Of a stretch of DNA of 64,000 nt, positions 9,564 to 19,188 are shown one piece after another. Source of the DNA: an uncultured Acidobacteriota bacterium (GTDB lineage: Bacteria; Acidobacteriota; UBA6911); NCBI GenBank assembly GCA_963761825.1, contig CAVXIH010000002.1, forward strand, positions 526,291 to 590,290, read 5' to 3'. A program made the position numbers and the translations under genes. Numbering within the stretch: position 1 is the first letter of the stretch; every line of letters starts with the position of its first letter. The notes beneath the pieces were generated by a model. The model was not told the origin of the DNA, did not search any database, and worked only from the letters and a program-made list of their open reading frames with translations.

Positions 9564-11049
9564 TTATGATGAAGCGGGAGCGGATGAGTCTATAGGGCCG
9601 ATGAGATTCACATTCAGCCGGATCATTTCCTCACGGAGCGCCTTCGTATAAATCCCGGCCACCATCACGTGATGGATTCCTACGATTTTCTGAAAGAAAA
9701 CATCGGCCTCTTTGATTTTAAGCTCCGCCCGGTTTGAACAGTACCTGCGCATTTTCTTAAGCTCGGGTACCGGGCTGTCAAAGGATGGGTGATTCGTATC
9801 ATCGATACCCGCCTGAATTCTTCCGGGCCATGCCACAAAATTCTTGAAGGTCCTTGGTGAACCCGCCCATTGTCACTTCCAGGCCAATCGGAAATGAAAC
9901 CTGCGGAGTGACGCCTCCTACTCCATGATAATCCCGAAGCCTGTACGGCAGCGCTGCGGCGTTTCGGCCCAGCAACTGCAACGGCGCGACGCAATGACGG
10001 AGAACCGTGCTGGATTTTTCGATATCGACGGAAGATATATTGCAGAAGTACGATGGCTTCTGACTGATCTCCTGCAGTACCATGGTGGACAGCATTCCGC
10101 ATACATCTGCTTCGCATGGCATCGCAAATCCTTCGTCGCGCAATCGTGTGAATGCCAGGCAAGGCGGCGGCAATTTCCGCTTGGAGCTGAATGAGAAACT
10201 CAGGCAATCGATCGAGATTCCCGATAATCCCTCTTTTTCAATAATGGAGCGCAAAAGAACATACATCTTGCACGATTCAAGAAGTGCTTCATCCGTAGGC
10301 TCGACAATGGAGGCCGCTTCCTTCTTCCACCTTTCCATTTCCTTTTTGGCGTCGGCCGGATCAACGGTTTCAAGCAGCACTTCCAGCTGTTCAATCGGCC
10401 GGAATTCCAAGCGGACGCCGGTGCGATTATAAATGGTCGCAGCAGTCAGGTTGCGCGCAGGCACGCTGGTGGAGTCAAATGGCCTGCCGTAGATGACGGC
10501 TCGCTTGCCTTCCAGCAGCCTGGGAACTGCCAGAATCTTCATCAATTCGATCGCGTGCGTTTCAGAATTGGCAAGCAGGGCGTTGGAGCCTTTTGCCCGG
10601 AAGGCCGCAGCGACATTCGCTTCCATCATGATCAGGTCCGGAATCGGGGGAAGAAGTATCATGGGAACATCGATATAATCCAGCGAAACCGGAATATTTC
10701 CGGAATTCAAATTTGTCCGCGGTAAGCCGAAGAAGAGAATATCCGGAGCCTCCGTCTGAATGGTTTTGATAACTTCCTGCGGCTTTTGATAATCGGTCTT
10801 AGCCGTGACTACGGAAAATTCAAACTCCTTGATCGATTTTACCGACTGAATCAAGCGCTCAAATGAGTCCGGAAAGTCGCTCAGCAGGAGCAACTTCCTT
10901 TTATTCCCTCTATTCGCCGGTCTCGTCACACTTGCAGGATTCTGCGCCAGAGCAGCCGCCGGAAGAGTGGCTGCCATGCCCGCCATAGTCGTTGTCTTTA
11001 TAAAATCGCGCCTTCCGACATGAGCGCACCCGCAATTCCCTTTCATCAT
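9564..11049 (-). CDS. L-fucose/L-arabinose isomerase-like protein with Tat signal (frameshift near 9840)
   Basis: GRRDFIKTT leader; GISIDCL, PCLAFTRL, PCEADVCG, HCVAPL, LRDYH and CSNRAE motifs. Confidence 0.75.
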
Positions 11050-11443
11050 CTTTATCTCCCCTTCCTGAAACCCTCGGTTCCAGGAATAATCCATTTAATA
11101 ACAGCGTAGTGCGACCGGGGTGCCCGGCAAATTGCGCTGATTATAATCGACAGCTGCGCTCTGACCCAGCCGAATTTTCATGGCCATGGCAGCAATAACA
11201 GTGTGAGAGCTTCAGGACAAGGCTCCACAGCAACGAATCATCGCGGCCCTCGCAAAACGGATTAGGAGGCGCAGAGCCATTTCGGCATCTCATTAATTCA
11301 ATGCTCCTGTGTTTAAAGCAGGTTGGTGATGCCGAGCACAACTAGATTTGAACGTTGGCCGATTGTCTTTAAGGGAGAGCATTTAAGGGCCATGCTGTCC
11401 CCGTCAATCCTGCGCATATTGGATCAAATCCACGGAAGAGGAA

Positions 11444-12053
11444 ATGGATCAGAACCTGCGCCATATTGCTTCAAAAATCAATGCTCAGGTATTAGCTGTA
11501 ACCTCGCAGATTAATGAATCGTTGGTAAATGAATTGATGACCCTAAAGCTACCCAATAGCATCTTCAATAAAGTGTGGTTGGAAACCGCATATCTTGGCG
11601 TGCATCTATTGCAGAAGAAATTCAGTGTGCTATTGGGCCACGAAAGCAGTAAAACCGTAAATAAACATGTCCGGGAATTATTTTTGGATATCGCCCCAAG
11701 TCTTTTTGAAGGCCAAGGCGAGAACAAGGAGATATTTAGGGAATGGATAGTATCGCAATATGACCAAAGGCTTGAAATGTATGAGCAATACCAAGGCTTA
11801 GATATTAGTTTGAGATTCCGTGAGCTTATCAGAAATGTTTTCAACACAACAGAAGGATCAAAAGTAAGATTCATTGAAAATAAACCCAGCAATCCCCTGA
11901 GATTGAAAACGGCTTTCTTTTTCGGTGGCAAAAGGTTTTTAGGTAAGCACGAAAATGAGGTTTGCCTGCCCAACGAAAATCTAAATGCGTTTGCAGCGAA
12001 TGCCGCTCAAGCATTTCAGTAATGTTAGTGAGCATGACATCAAGGGTTTATAG
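11444..12053 (+). CDS. Hypothetical protein, AT-rich (possible indel near 12020)
   Basis: 192-aa ORF with GAGG RBS; visibly more AT-rich than its neighbours; no recognised motif. Confidence 0.55.
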
Positions 12054-12392
12054 GAGTATAAAGGGTGTTTATTTGAACATAGCGCTGCAACCGTGATTTC
12101 CTTCGATAGATGCTTCAAACCCCTCACCATAGACAATGGCCGAGAGCCTGACTTCCTCATTGGCTTCAAAGAGAATTCAACTCTACGAGTAACGCATCCT
12201 ATGCTCGCCAGACTTTGGTGGTTCCGAATGGTGTGCCATAAGCAGGAATTCATTGAACGATGCCGCAGAATTATGACTTCGTCGGAGAGATCCCTTTGTT
12301 CCAATAAATAATTTCTTTTATTATTCCAATAAGTTCGTCGATACTATGGCTGTTCACAGAAGTAAAATAGAATGCATTCCAGGGAGTTCTCC

Positions 12393-13163
12393 ATGAAAAA
12401 GCTAGGATTATATACGACGTTTCTATTCATTTTCTCAGCCTGTTTGCTCCTGATTGCTGGAGGCACGTTGCAGAATGCTGAAGCGCAAATTTTCAGTCAA
12501 GATCTGACGATGCATTCGACGACAACTAGTTCCGGGATGATGGGCCGGGGCGGCGGGTCTGTCACGAGCACAGAATATTTCAGCAAGAATGCCATTAAGA
12601 CAAGTTCGTCTGATGGCAACGACAGCATCATGCGTTTCGACACCCAGAAGCTGATTTCAATCGACAGCAAGAAAAAGACATATTCCGAAATCACTTTCCA
12701 GCAGTTGCAGGACATGCTTAGCAAAGCAGGAGCTGCAGTGGGCGGGATGAGCGATGAAGACATGGCCGCCATGAAGAAAATGATGGGGCAGACGGCAACT
12801 TCCTTTTCGGTTACTAAGGTGGGCCCCGGAGAAAGCATTGCAGGATTCGCGACGGAAAAATATCTCCTTAAAGGACCCATGGAAGTGGAAATCTTTGCTG
12901 CCAGCGATCTCAAGCTACCCGCAGCCTACTATGATGTGATGAAATTCCAGATGCCCTCCATGCCGATGTTCGACATGCGGAAGATGTATGAGGAAATGAA
13001 GAAGGTATCAGGGATCCCTCTCAAGACCATTACAATCATGAAAATGATGGGCAATGAAATGAAGACAACGAAGGTTGTCACTTCGATAGAAAAAGGGCCA
13101 ATACCGGCATCTGTTTTTGAAATCCCGGCGGGCTACAAACGCGTGGAAGCCGAACTGAAATAA
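12393..13163 (+). CDS. DUF4412-like secreted protein
   Basis: Signal peptide; GPGESIAGFATEKY, GIPLKT and SIEKGPIPASVFEIPAGYK C-terminal signature. Confidence 0.8.
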   Translation: MKKLGLYTTFLFIFSACLLLIAGGTLQNAEAQIFSQDLTMHSTTTSSGMMGRGGGSVTSTEYFSKNAIKTSSSDGNDSIMRFDTQKLISIDSKKKTYSEITFQQLQDMLSKAGAAVGGMSDEDMAAMKKMMGQTATSFSVTKVGPGESIAGFATEKYLLKGPMEVEIFAASDLKLPAAYYDVMKFQMPSMPMFDMRKMYEEMKKVSGIPLKTITIMKMMGNEMKTTKVVTSIEKGPIPASVFEIPAGYKRVEAELK

Positions 13164-13215
13164 ATGATTTTTGGGGGCGGGGGTGGGCATCCCTCCAACT
13201 GGAAACCATAAACCT

Positions 13216-13424
13216 GAATGACGAAGCTGGCCGCGCAGCGGCGAGATGACTTTAGCCCGGCCTTTCAAGGCCGGGAATATTAGTGGTGGCCAGTTTCCAT
13301 CGCGGTCAGCGACGGTTGAAATCAAACGTCGCTGCCGCGCCGCCCTAATTGGGGCGCATCCAATGCCGGCATTGAAAGGCCCGCCTAAATTCACTCTACC
13401 GCTGCGCGGCCTATGCTGTGCGAA
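13216..13424. repeat. Long palindromic REP/MITE-like element, family A copy 2
   Basis: GGCCGCGCAGCGG..TTTAGCCCGGCCTTTCAAGGCCGGG..CCGCTGCGCGGCC; colinear with 6352-6559. Confidence 0.85.
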
Positions 13425-13660
13425 CCAGGCAGTTTAGATCGAAAATCGAAACACCAATTTCGGAATCGAGAATAAAGCCCCGATCCAATTTATTACCTAC
13501 GGCCCTGCATCGATGCTTTGATTCATGGAGTTTAGGCGCGATAAAGCCACCCGTACCGGATACGTTCCTCGGCGGAAGCTGATGTTTCAAGACAATGTGG
13601 AAAGTCTCGAGCTTCCCGTCCTTCAGTCCGTAGTAATTCGCAGCCGCTCTTATCAAAACT

Positions 13661-14547
13661 CTATTTGCATGCCGGTTCAGTCGGCCAGCCTATCGATTCG
13701 TATTTTTTGCCATACTCAAAATATGCCTGGATCCAATCTACCTGGCCATTTCTCATCTTGAACATATGGAAGTCGGGCCAGACGTTGTCAAAAAGAGTGT
13801 ACGCAACCACGATGCCTGTTTCCACATCCACTAGAAATCGTCGGGGACCGTGGGTCATGTCGGCGAAACCCTTAGGCGAACAATTGTGCGCAGGCATTGG
13901 TTACGCCCTGGTTTGTTCCTCCTTTTGTTGTTTGCATGCCGTTTTCCCAGCGGTCACAGATCTTGCCGATAGGCAAGTTCGGAGACCTTCGGCTTTTGCT
14001 CTTTGACAAACAATTCAAAATAATCATCGGCCGCGGCCATCATTGCCAGGCGCGAACTCCGCTGCTCGGGCGGAAGGATGCTTTCCCAATCCTGGTCTTT
14101 TGTATCCAGGATGGCTTTAACGTCGAGCACTTCCTTTCCGCGCACAACAATGGCTTCGATCTCAGAAATCTTCTCTTTGTCGATCTTAAGCCGAACGCCG
14201 TAAAGCATCGACTTGCCGTTTTCATCTATTATGGTTTGCGTATGCGTTCCACATTTCTGGGTGTCAATCAAACCACGTTTGAACGTCAGCTTGCCGGCGG
14301 TTTCCCAAGAACCCTTTCCTACCGCAACTGCTATGCCGTTTTCCGTGTATCTCACGCCAGAAGCGAGCGGTACGCTGGATGGATTATGTGTTTCAAGAGC
14401 TGTAAAGAATTTGTCGGTGATGGCCTTGAGGCTTTCACGTGTGCAGACCTGGCCGCTTGATTGCGCTATCGCGGCGATATTGCTGCCCGCAACCAAAAGC
14501 CAAATTGCTCCCCCTAATAATGCCCATCGCAATACGTTTTTCACCAT
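13661..14547 (-). CDS. Secreted protein of unknown function, paralog 1 of 3 (frameshifted near 13900-13975)
   Basis: Signal peptide; CTRESL..F..ALETHNP..VPLA..VRYTENG, RLKI..KISEIE, CDRWENG and RRFLVDVETG; matches 37217 and 62447. Confidence 0.8.
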
Positions 14548-14963
14548 GGAATCCTCCTGACTTAGTTCGCTTGGATCCGATATCTCCCGGAAATAAGGCT
14601 CTTCGCACTCGTCGAGGCCGAATCATCGTGGATAGCAAAATCCATGCCGCAAAATAACCGAATTATTTCGTCCTACATCTGCCGTGAAACTGCAAACCTG
14701 CCCAAAGCTGGCACCAAAGCTTTTATATCCTACTACGAAACGACTTTGCCAATAATAAGAAGCTATTCAAACGAATTTCCTGGTCGATCTTTGCCTCAAT
14801 CATCGTACGACTTGCGGCTCGGAATCACGATCAGGGAGTCTGCGTTTCAAAGACTTGAAGATTCACACAATGCAGCTTCATCGCTTTGGCCGCGTTGTGC
14901 TACGATGGACCAAGCACTCAATCGGTTTTAATGAAGAGAATTCACAATAAAGGAGAGATCGCC

Positions 14964-15656
14964 ATGAGTCTTGTCGGCAATAGGAAAAAAGGTACGACGC
15001 GCAGAGGTTTCGTTAAAAATATCACCGCAGGCGCCGGCGGTTTAGCTCTCGCAAGCTCATTGCGGGATGTATGGGCGCCCAATCAAGGCGGATTGATTGC
15101 AGCTCCGAAGGAGACACCATCAACCGACGGGACCAAATATGGGAAATATTTCCTGAGCGACAATCGCCAACCGCCAAAAGCCAATGATTTTGTTTCTCTT
15201 AACAGTCTTCCTCCGTTTCCGGAAATAGCCAGTCCCCAGACTTACTTTCGAGGCGCTTCGGCATTGCCTGGAGCAACCGCCACAATAGGATGGCAGGTGT
15301 TCACCGCGCCGGTTTGCTGGGAAACTCCGCACACCCACAAATACGATGAATTCCTTATTTTCCTCGGCGCGCAACTGCCGGACCTATGTAAAAGCTTCGA
15401 TGCAGAGATAGATTTTTGGATGGGAGAGGAAATGGAGAAGCATACCATCACCTCGACAACCGTCCTCTTCATTCCAAAAGGCATAATGCATAGCCCGTTG
15501 AATTTCAGAGCAATCAGAAAGCCTGTTCTCTTCCATGCGCTGTACCTTGGGCCAAATCTGGATCGAGAAAACACTATAAAGGACTTTGACCTAACTACCT
15601 TTGATTGGGGAGGACCTGTTAACCTAAAAACCTTTGGCCCGCCCAAGAAGAAATAG
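14964..15656 (+). CDS. Tat-exported cupin-fold protein, copy 1
   Basis: AAGGAG RBS; TTRRGFVK leader; PHTHKYDE and FIPKGIMHSP cupin motifs. Confidence 0.85.
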   Translation: MSLVGNRKKGTTRRGFVKNITAGAGGLALASSLRDVWAPNQGGLIAAPKETPSTDGTKYGKYFLSDNRQPPKANDFVSLNSLPPFPEIASPQTYFRGASALPGATATIGWQVFTAPVCWETPHTHKYDEFLIFLGAQLPDLCKSFDAEIDFWMGEEMEKHTITSTTVLFIPKGIMHSPLNFRAIRKPVLFHALYLGPNLDRENTIKDFDLTTFDWGGPVNLKTFGPPKKK

Positions 15657-15681
15657 CAGCTCTATATTCATAAAATGGGGA

Positions 15682-15714
15682 AAAAAGATCCGGATTGATG
15701 TCCGGATCTTTTTA
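15682..15714. terminator. Intrinsic terminator, probably bidirectional
   Basis: AAAAAGATCCGGA-ttgatg-TCCGGATCTTTTT between convergent genes. Confidence 0.8.
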
Positions 15715-15744
15715 TCTTAGAGGACCAGATTGCCTACGGTTCTG

Positions 15745-16278
15745 TTATTGAGCCATTTCATAGGGCTTGCCTAGACGAATCACGCTTGTGTCCCAAATGC
15801 AGCCGCCTGCGCAATTCCAGCCGTAGTACCAAAGGTATGTCAGACTACTGGCACGAGAGTATGGACTGATGACGATACCGCTGTGCTTCGCCACAACCTC
15901 TTCCCACATAATATAATTGGAGAATTGCTTCTGGATATCCCCGAAAAGATCGCTCCCATACCGGCACGCAAATGTGTCGATATCCTCGGCGCTTTGCAGG
16001 AGCGTTATATGTCCGGAAAGATTATGCCCATACGTGCGCGTAAACATGTCGATTTCTTTCGCGTTTCGCAGGAAAAGTACTCGCGATGTATCAAGGATGG
16101 TCACTCTGTGGCGATAGCGCAGCTTCTCGAGACAGAACTGTGTACTCTCGCACCACCGTTTCCAGCTTTCGTTTACTCCGAACCAGAAACCATTCGGCTT
16201 CGGATGTCCACTTTGCGGATAGCTCCGCCTGCACAGTTTTACCGGATCCGATGCCCAGTGATAGTACATATCAATCAC
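15745..16278 (-). CDS. Hypothetical protein, phage-like; possible ADP-ribosyltransferase fold
   Basis: Trp-rich 177 aa: YYHWAS, KPNGFWF, WKRWC, WEEV..HSGIVISPY and WYYGWNCAGGCIWD. Confidence 0.65.
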   Translation of the reverse strand: MIDMYYHWASDPVKLCRRSYPQSGHPKPNGFWFGVNESWKRWCESTQFCLEKLRYRHRVTILDTSRVLFLRNAKEIDMFTRTYGHNLSGHITLLQSAEDIDTFACRYGSDLFGDIQKQFSNYIMWEEVVAKHSGIVISPYSRASSLTYLWYYGWNCAGGCIWDTSVIRLGKPYEMAQ

Positions 16279-16429
16279 AATTCCGCAGCAGCCGAAGGGC
16301 GAAGCTGAGAACTCCCCCCTTCAACCACAGACAGCGGCGATTTTAAACAGACAATTACTCTCCTAAGCAGGGCTGCGGACGGATGCACTCAGTTTTTGCT
16401 GCCCGTCTTGGCAGCCTCACGCACGCTTC

Positions 16430-16975
16430 TTAGCCCATCCTGGCATCGATAAACACGATAGGCTTGCCAACGCGTTTAACGACCAATGGGCAGTGAGGCG
16501 TGTTTTTGGGAATAAAGAAATAGCAGGAATAGTTGACCTTTCTGACCTTGTCCCCCAGCAACATTTCACAATCCGCATCGAATTCGAGGAAATTTTTGCC
16601 ATTGCCCCCGATGAGGAAAATCCACTGGTCATGAGCGTGTGAATGAGTGGCGCCGCCCAATGTTTCAGGCCTTTCAATATAGGCAAATCCTATCGCCAGA
16701 TTGGATCCCGGAACGTCTTTGGCGCCCCATGCCGTAATCATGGGGGAGGTAATCGAGGCGTGCATTGACTTCCACGGCTTAAATTCAACAACGTTGGGTT
16801 CCCTCACGACATTCGCCAGTTTGCTCATGTCAAATGATGAGTAGGTCGGCTTCTGAGGATTCATCATGGCGGACGCATTTAATGTAGACAGGATACTGGC
16901 GAAAGCCATTCCTGCCGCTCCAGCCGATACATCTTGAAAAAAATTACGTCGGTCCGTTCGCTTCCTATCGGTCAT
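16430..16975 (-). CDS. Tat-exported cupin-fold protein, paralog
   Basis: GGGAG RBS; DRRNFFQ leader; HSHAHDQ, FDADCE and FIPKNTPHCP..KP. Confidence 0.82.
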   Translation of the reverse strand: MTDRKRTDRRNFFQDVSAGAAGMAFASILSTLNASAMMNPQKPTYSSFDMSKLANVVREPNVVEFKPWKSMHASITSPMITAWGAKDVPGSNLAIGFAYIERPETLGGATHSHAHDQWIFLIGGNGKNFLEFDADCEMLLGDKVRKVNYSCYFFIPKNTPHCPLVVKRVGKPIVFIDARMG

Positions 16976-17097
16976 TGGTTTCTCCCTCTAAAGAATTGTT
17001 GTCTGGTTTATGAAAAATGCTGCACAAAATCATTGAGCCGGCTCTGTTTTCACGGGGACTGCCATGGCAGCACCCCCGCTGACATCACACACTAATA

Positions 17098-17655
17098 TCA
17101 CTTGTCTGTATCCTTTATTTTGAGCGAACTGGAAGCAAGGAGTGCGTTCGCTTCCCCTTTCTGCAAGAAAATATGTTCCGGCCGCATGGATAGCATCGCG
17201 TCGCTGTTCATTACCACCATTGTTGTCTCATCAAGCATGGATCCCATGAGACCAGTCGCGTTTTTAAAAGCGATCGAAGCTCCTATTTCGCGAACAGCGA
17301 GGTCAAACCGTGGCACGCCATCCCTGCTACATAGTATTCCTTCCGGATTGATTTCCGTAGCATACCTGCCACCCAATGATATCCTTGATGCAGTGATGGT
17401 GGCTTTTTCAGCCCCATTCCCTGATTTGTTGCTGAATATAAGCGAATTGGGAGTGAGTTTTGCGCTCATCACTCCGTCATTCAATACAATTTCCCGCGCT
17501 TCCAGCCGTTCCAATCTGTTTTCACTCTTTTGGGGAAGAATCAATCCCATCGTTAACAGCGTCCCCAGACACAGGCACAATCCCGACATTGCCACTCTCA
17601 TTCTCTTGTTCTGCCTCTCCAGCGTCTCTATGCGTGCCAGCAATTGGTCTGTCAT
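17098..17655 (-). CDS. Hypothetical membrane-anchored protein (coiled coil, TM, beta-rich region)
   Basis: AGGAG RBS; RIETLERQNKRMR, then a hydrophobic helix, then LEAREIVL. Confidence 0.65.
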   Translation of the reverse strand: MTDQLLARIETLERQNKRMRVAMSGLCLCLGTLLTMGLILPQKSENRLERLEAREIVLNDGVMSAKLTPNSLIFSNKSGNGAEKATITASRISLGGRYATEINPEGILCSRDGVPRFDLAVREIGASIAFKNATGLMGSMLDETTMVVMNSDAMLSMRPEHIFLQKGEANALLASSSLKIKDTDK

Positions 17656-17772
17656 GATGCGCTCCTGCACATAGGGTATGAATCAACGTATAGCATGCTA
17701 AGGTTGAAAGACTATTCGTCTTGTTACTCAATTATGATTGCGAATTGCGGCTGCAATCCGCAATCAGTGGCT

Positions 17773-18919
17773 CTAAGCCAGAAGGTCTTGAGCCCTGATC
17801 AGCCTGTTTCGGACTTCGACCCCATTCGGACACTGAATAGCGCAAGCGGAGCAGTCGCGGCAACGAACGGCTCGGATTTCATTCGGCAGACGCATAAAAT
17901 TATCGCGTGCCTGCCTGAAGTCGCCCGCGAAATCGTTATAGGCCAGGTACCGCAATTCATCGGTGACCGGTATCCCATTCGGGCATTTGCCTTTGCACTC
18001 ATAACACATACGGCAGTAGAGCGGACGGATCTCCTCATTGCGCGCAAACAGCATTTTCTCGTCCTGAGGAGTATAAGGTTCCGTCATTGCCCGGAAGTTC
18101 ATCTCGACCTCAGCGATATTTTTCGCATAAGGCACGGTAGTCGATATGTCGGGATTCAATAAAACCCACTTGACGGCCGCCAGCGGCCCCTCGTTTGTCA
18201 GCACCCTCGTCTCTTTTTGGGGAGGCATGTATCCAGCCATGGCCAGCGCGACAACCACTTTCATCGCTACCACGCCGATTCCTGCTTCATGCAGCCTGTG
18301 CAGGGCTGCGTTGCGGTCGGAGCCTATCGGGTAGCTGTAGGTGGTTTGCACGACATCGTGCTTTCCAAGCTTTATGATTTTATCCACAACGGCATTAATA
18401 TCGTGCGTGCTGATTCCAATGAAGCGGGTCTTGCCCTGCTTTTTCAGCATTTCCTGGGCTTCGACCGCCTCGTCCGTTATCGAATCCGGCGTATCTCTGG
18501 CATGCAGATGCCAGATGTCGACATGATCTGTCCGCAGCGCCTTGAGACTCTCATCCATTTCCCTGAATACTTCGGCTTTGGTAAATCGCATCGGTTTTGC
18601 TGGCCAGAATAATCTTATTTCTCCTGCTCTTGAGAGCGGCCCCGGCGATCTCTTCGCTTTTGCCTTTTTCGTACGTGCGGGCAGTGTCGAAGTAGTTGAC
18701 GCCCAAATCCACGGCACGAACGAGAACCGCAGGATCGGGAATAAGGCCGATACCGCAGCCGACACCGGATACCTTTAGCCCGGTCTTGCCAAGCATTCGA
18801 TAGCCCACGCCTGCAGATGCTTGGCCGAATGCATCCAGATGATGAGCGGCAACAAAACCCGCTGCAGGCAGAACTAGTCCGGCTTGCAGGAACTTTCTGC
18901 GCGAAGAATCGAATTCCAT
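17773..18919 (-). CDS. Aldo/keto reductase with C-terminal 4Fe-4S dicluster and Tat signal (frameshift near 18580)
   Basis: SRRKFLQ leader; YRMLGKTGLKVS, YFDTARTY, SLKALRTDHVD, GISTH, CRMCYEC..CP and CRDCSAC..CP. Confidence 0.92.
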
Positions 18920-19115
18920 GAGTGCTCCTATTAAAATAATTCCGGATTCCTAATTCCTGATTCCGGAATCCGGAATCAGGAATCCGGAATCTTTTGAGCT
19001 ATTGCTTCATTTTCACACCGCTTCTGAATTCGCTGGCGGAAATGCTCTCCTGGTGTTTCCTATTTGTATCTGGAAAAGGAGATTTTGAAAAAACGGCTGC
19101 GGCTTTGGCAGCAGA

Positions 19116-19151
19116 ATGGCCCTTACCGGCTTTGAAGCCCGTAAGGGCCAT
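19116..19151. terminator. Hairpin downstream of the TonB-dependent receptor
   Basis: ATGGCCCTTACcGGCTT-tg-AAGCCcGTAAGGGCCAT. Confidence 0.55.
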
Positions 19152-19188
19152 CGACGAAATTATCGCACTTCTGTTCCTCTCGATTTCT

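Larger units (their letters stand above)
14860..15714 (+). repeat. ~850-bp direct repeat copy 1 (upstream region, cupin gene, terminator)
   Basis: Aligns by eye with 23725-24581 from GATTCACACAATGCAG to the AAAAGATCCGG..CCGGATCTTTT hairpin. Confidence 0.95.

Noticed and set aside
16285-16360. TPP riboswitch suggested by GCTGAGA
   Set aside because: The downstream CCTGA..GGxTAAT..GCGxAGG core is missing and no thiamine gene follows on that strand
17090-17100. Selenocysteine read-through of the TGA ending ORF 17098-17655
   Set aside because: A TAG follows two codons later, and there is no SECIS-like hairpin or redox motif
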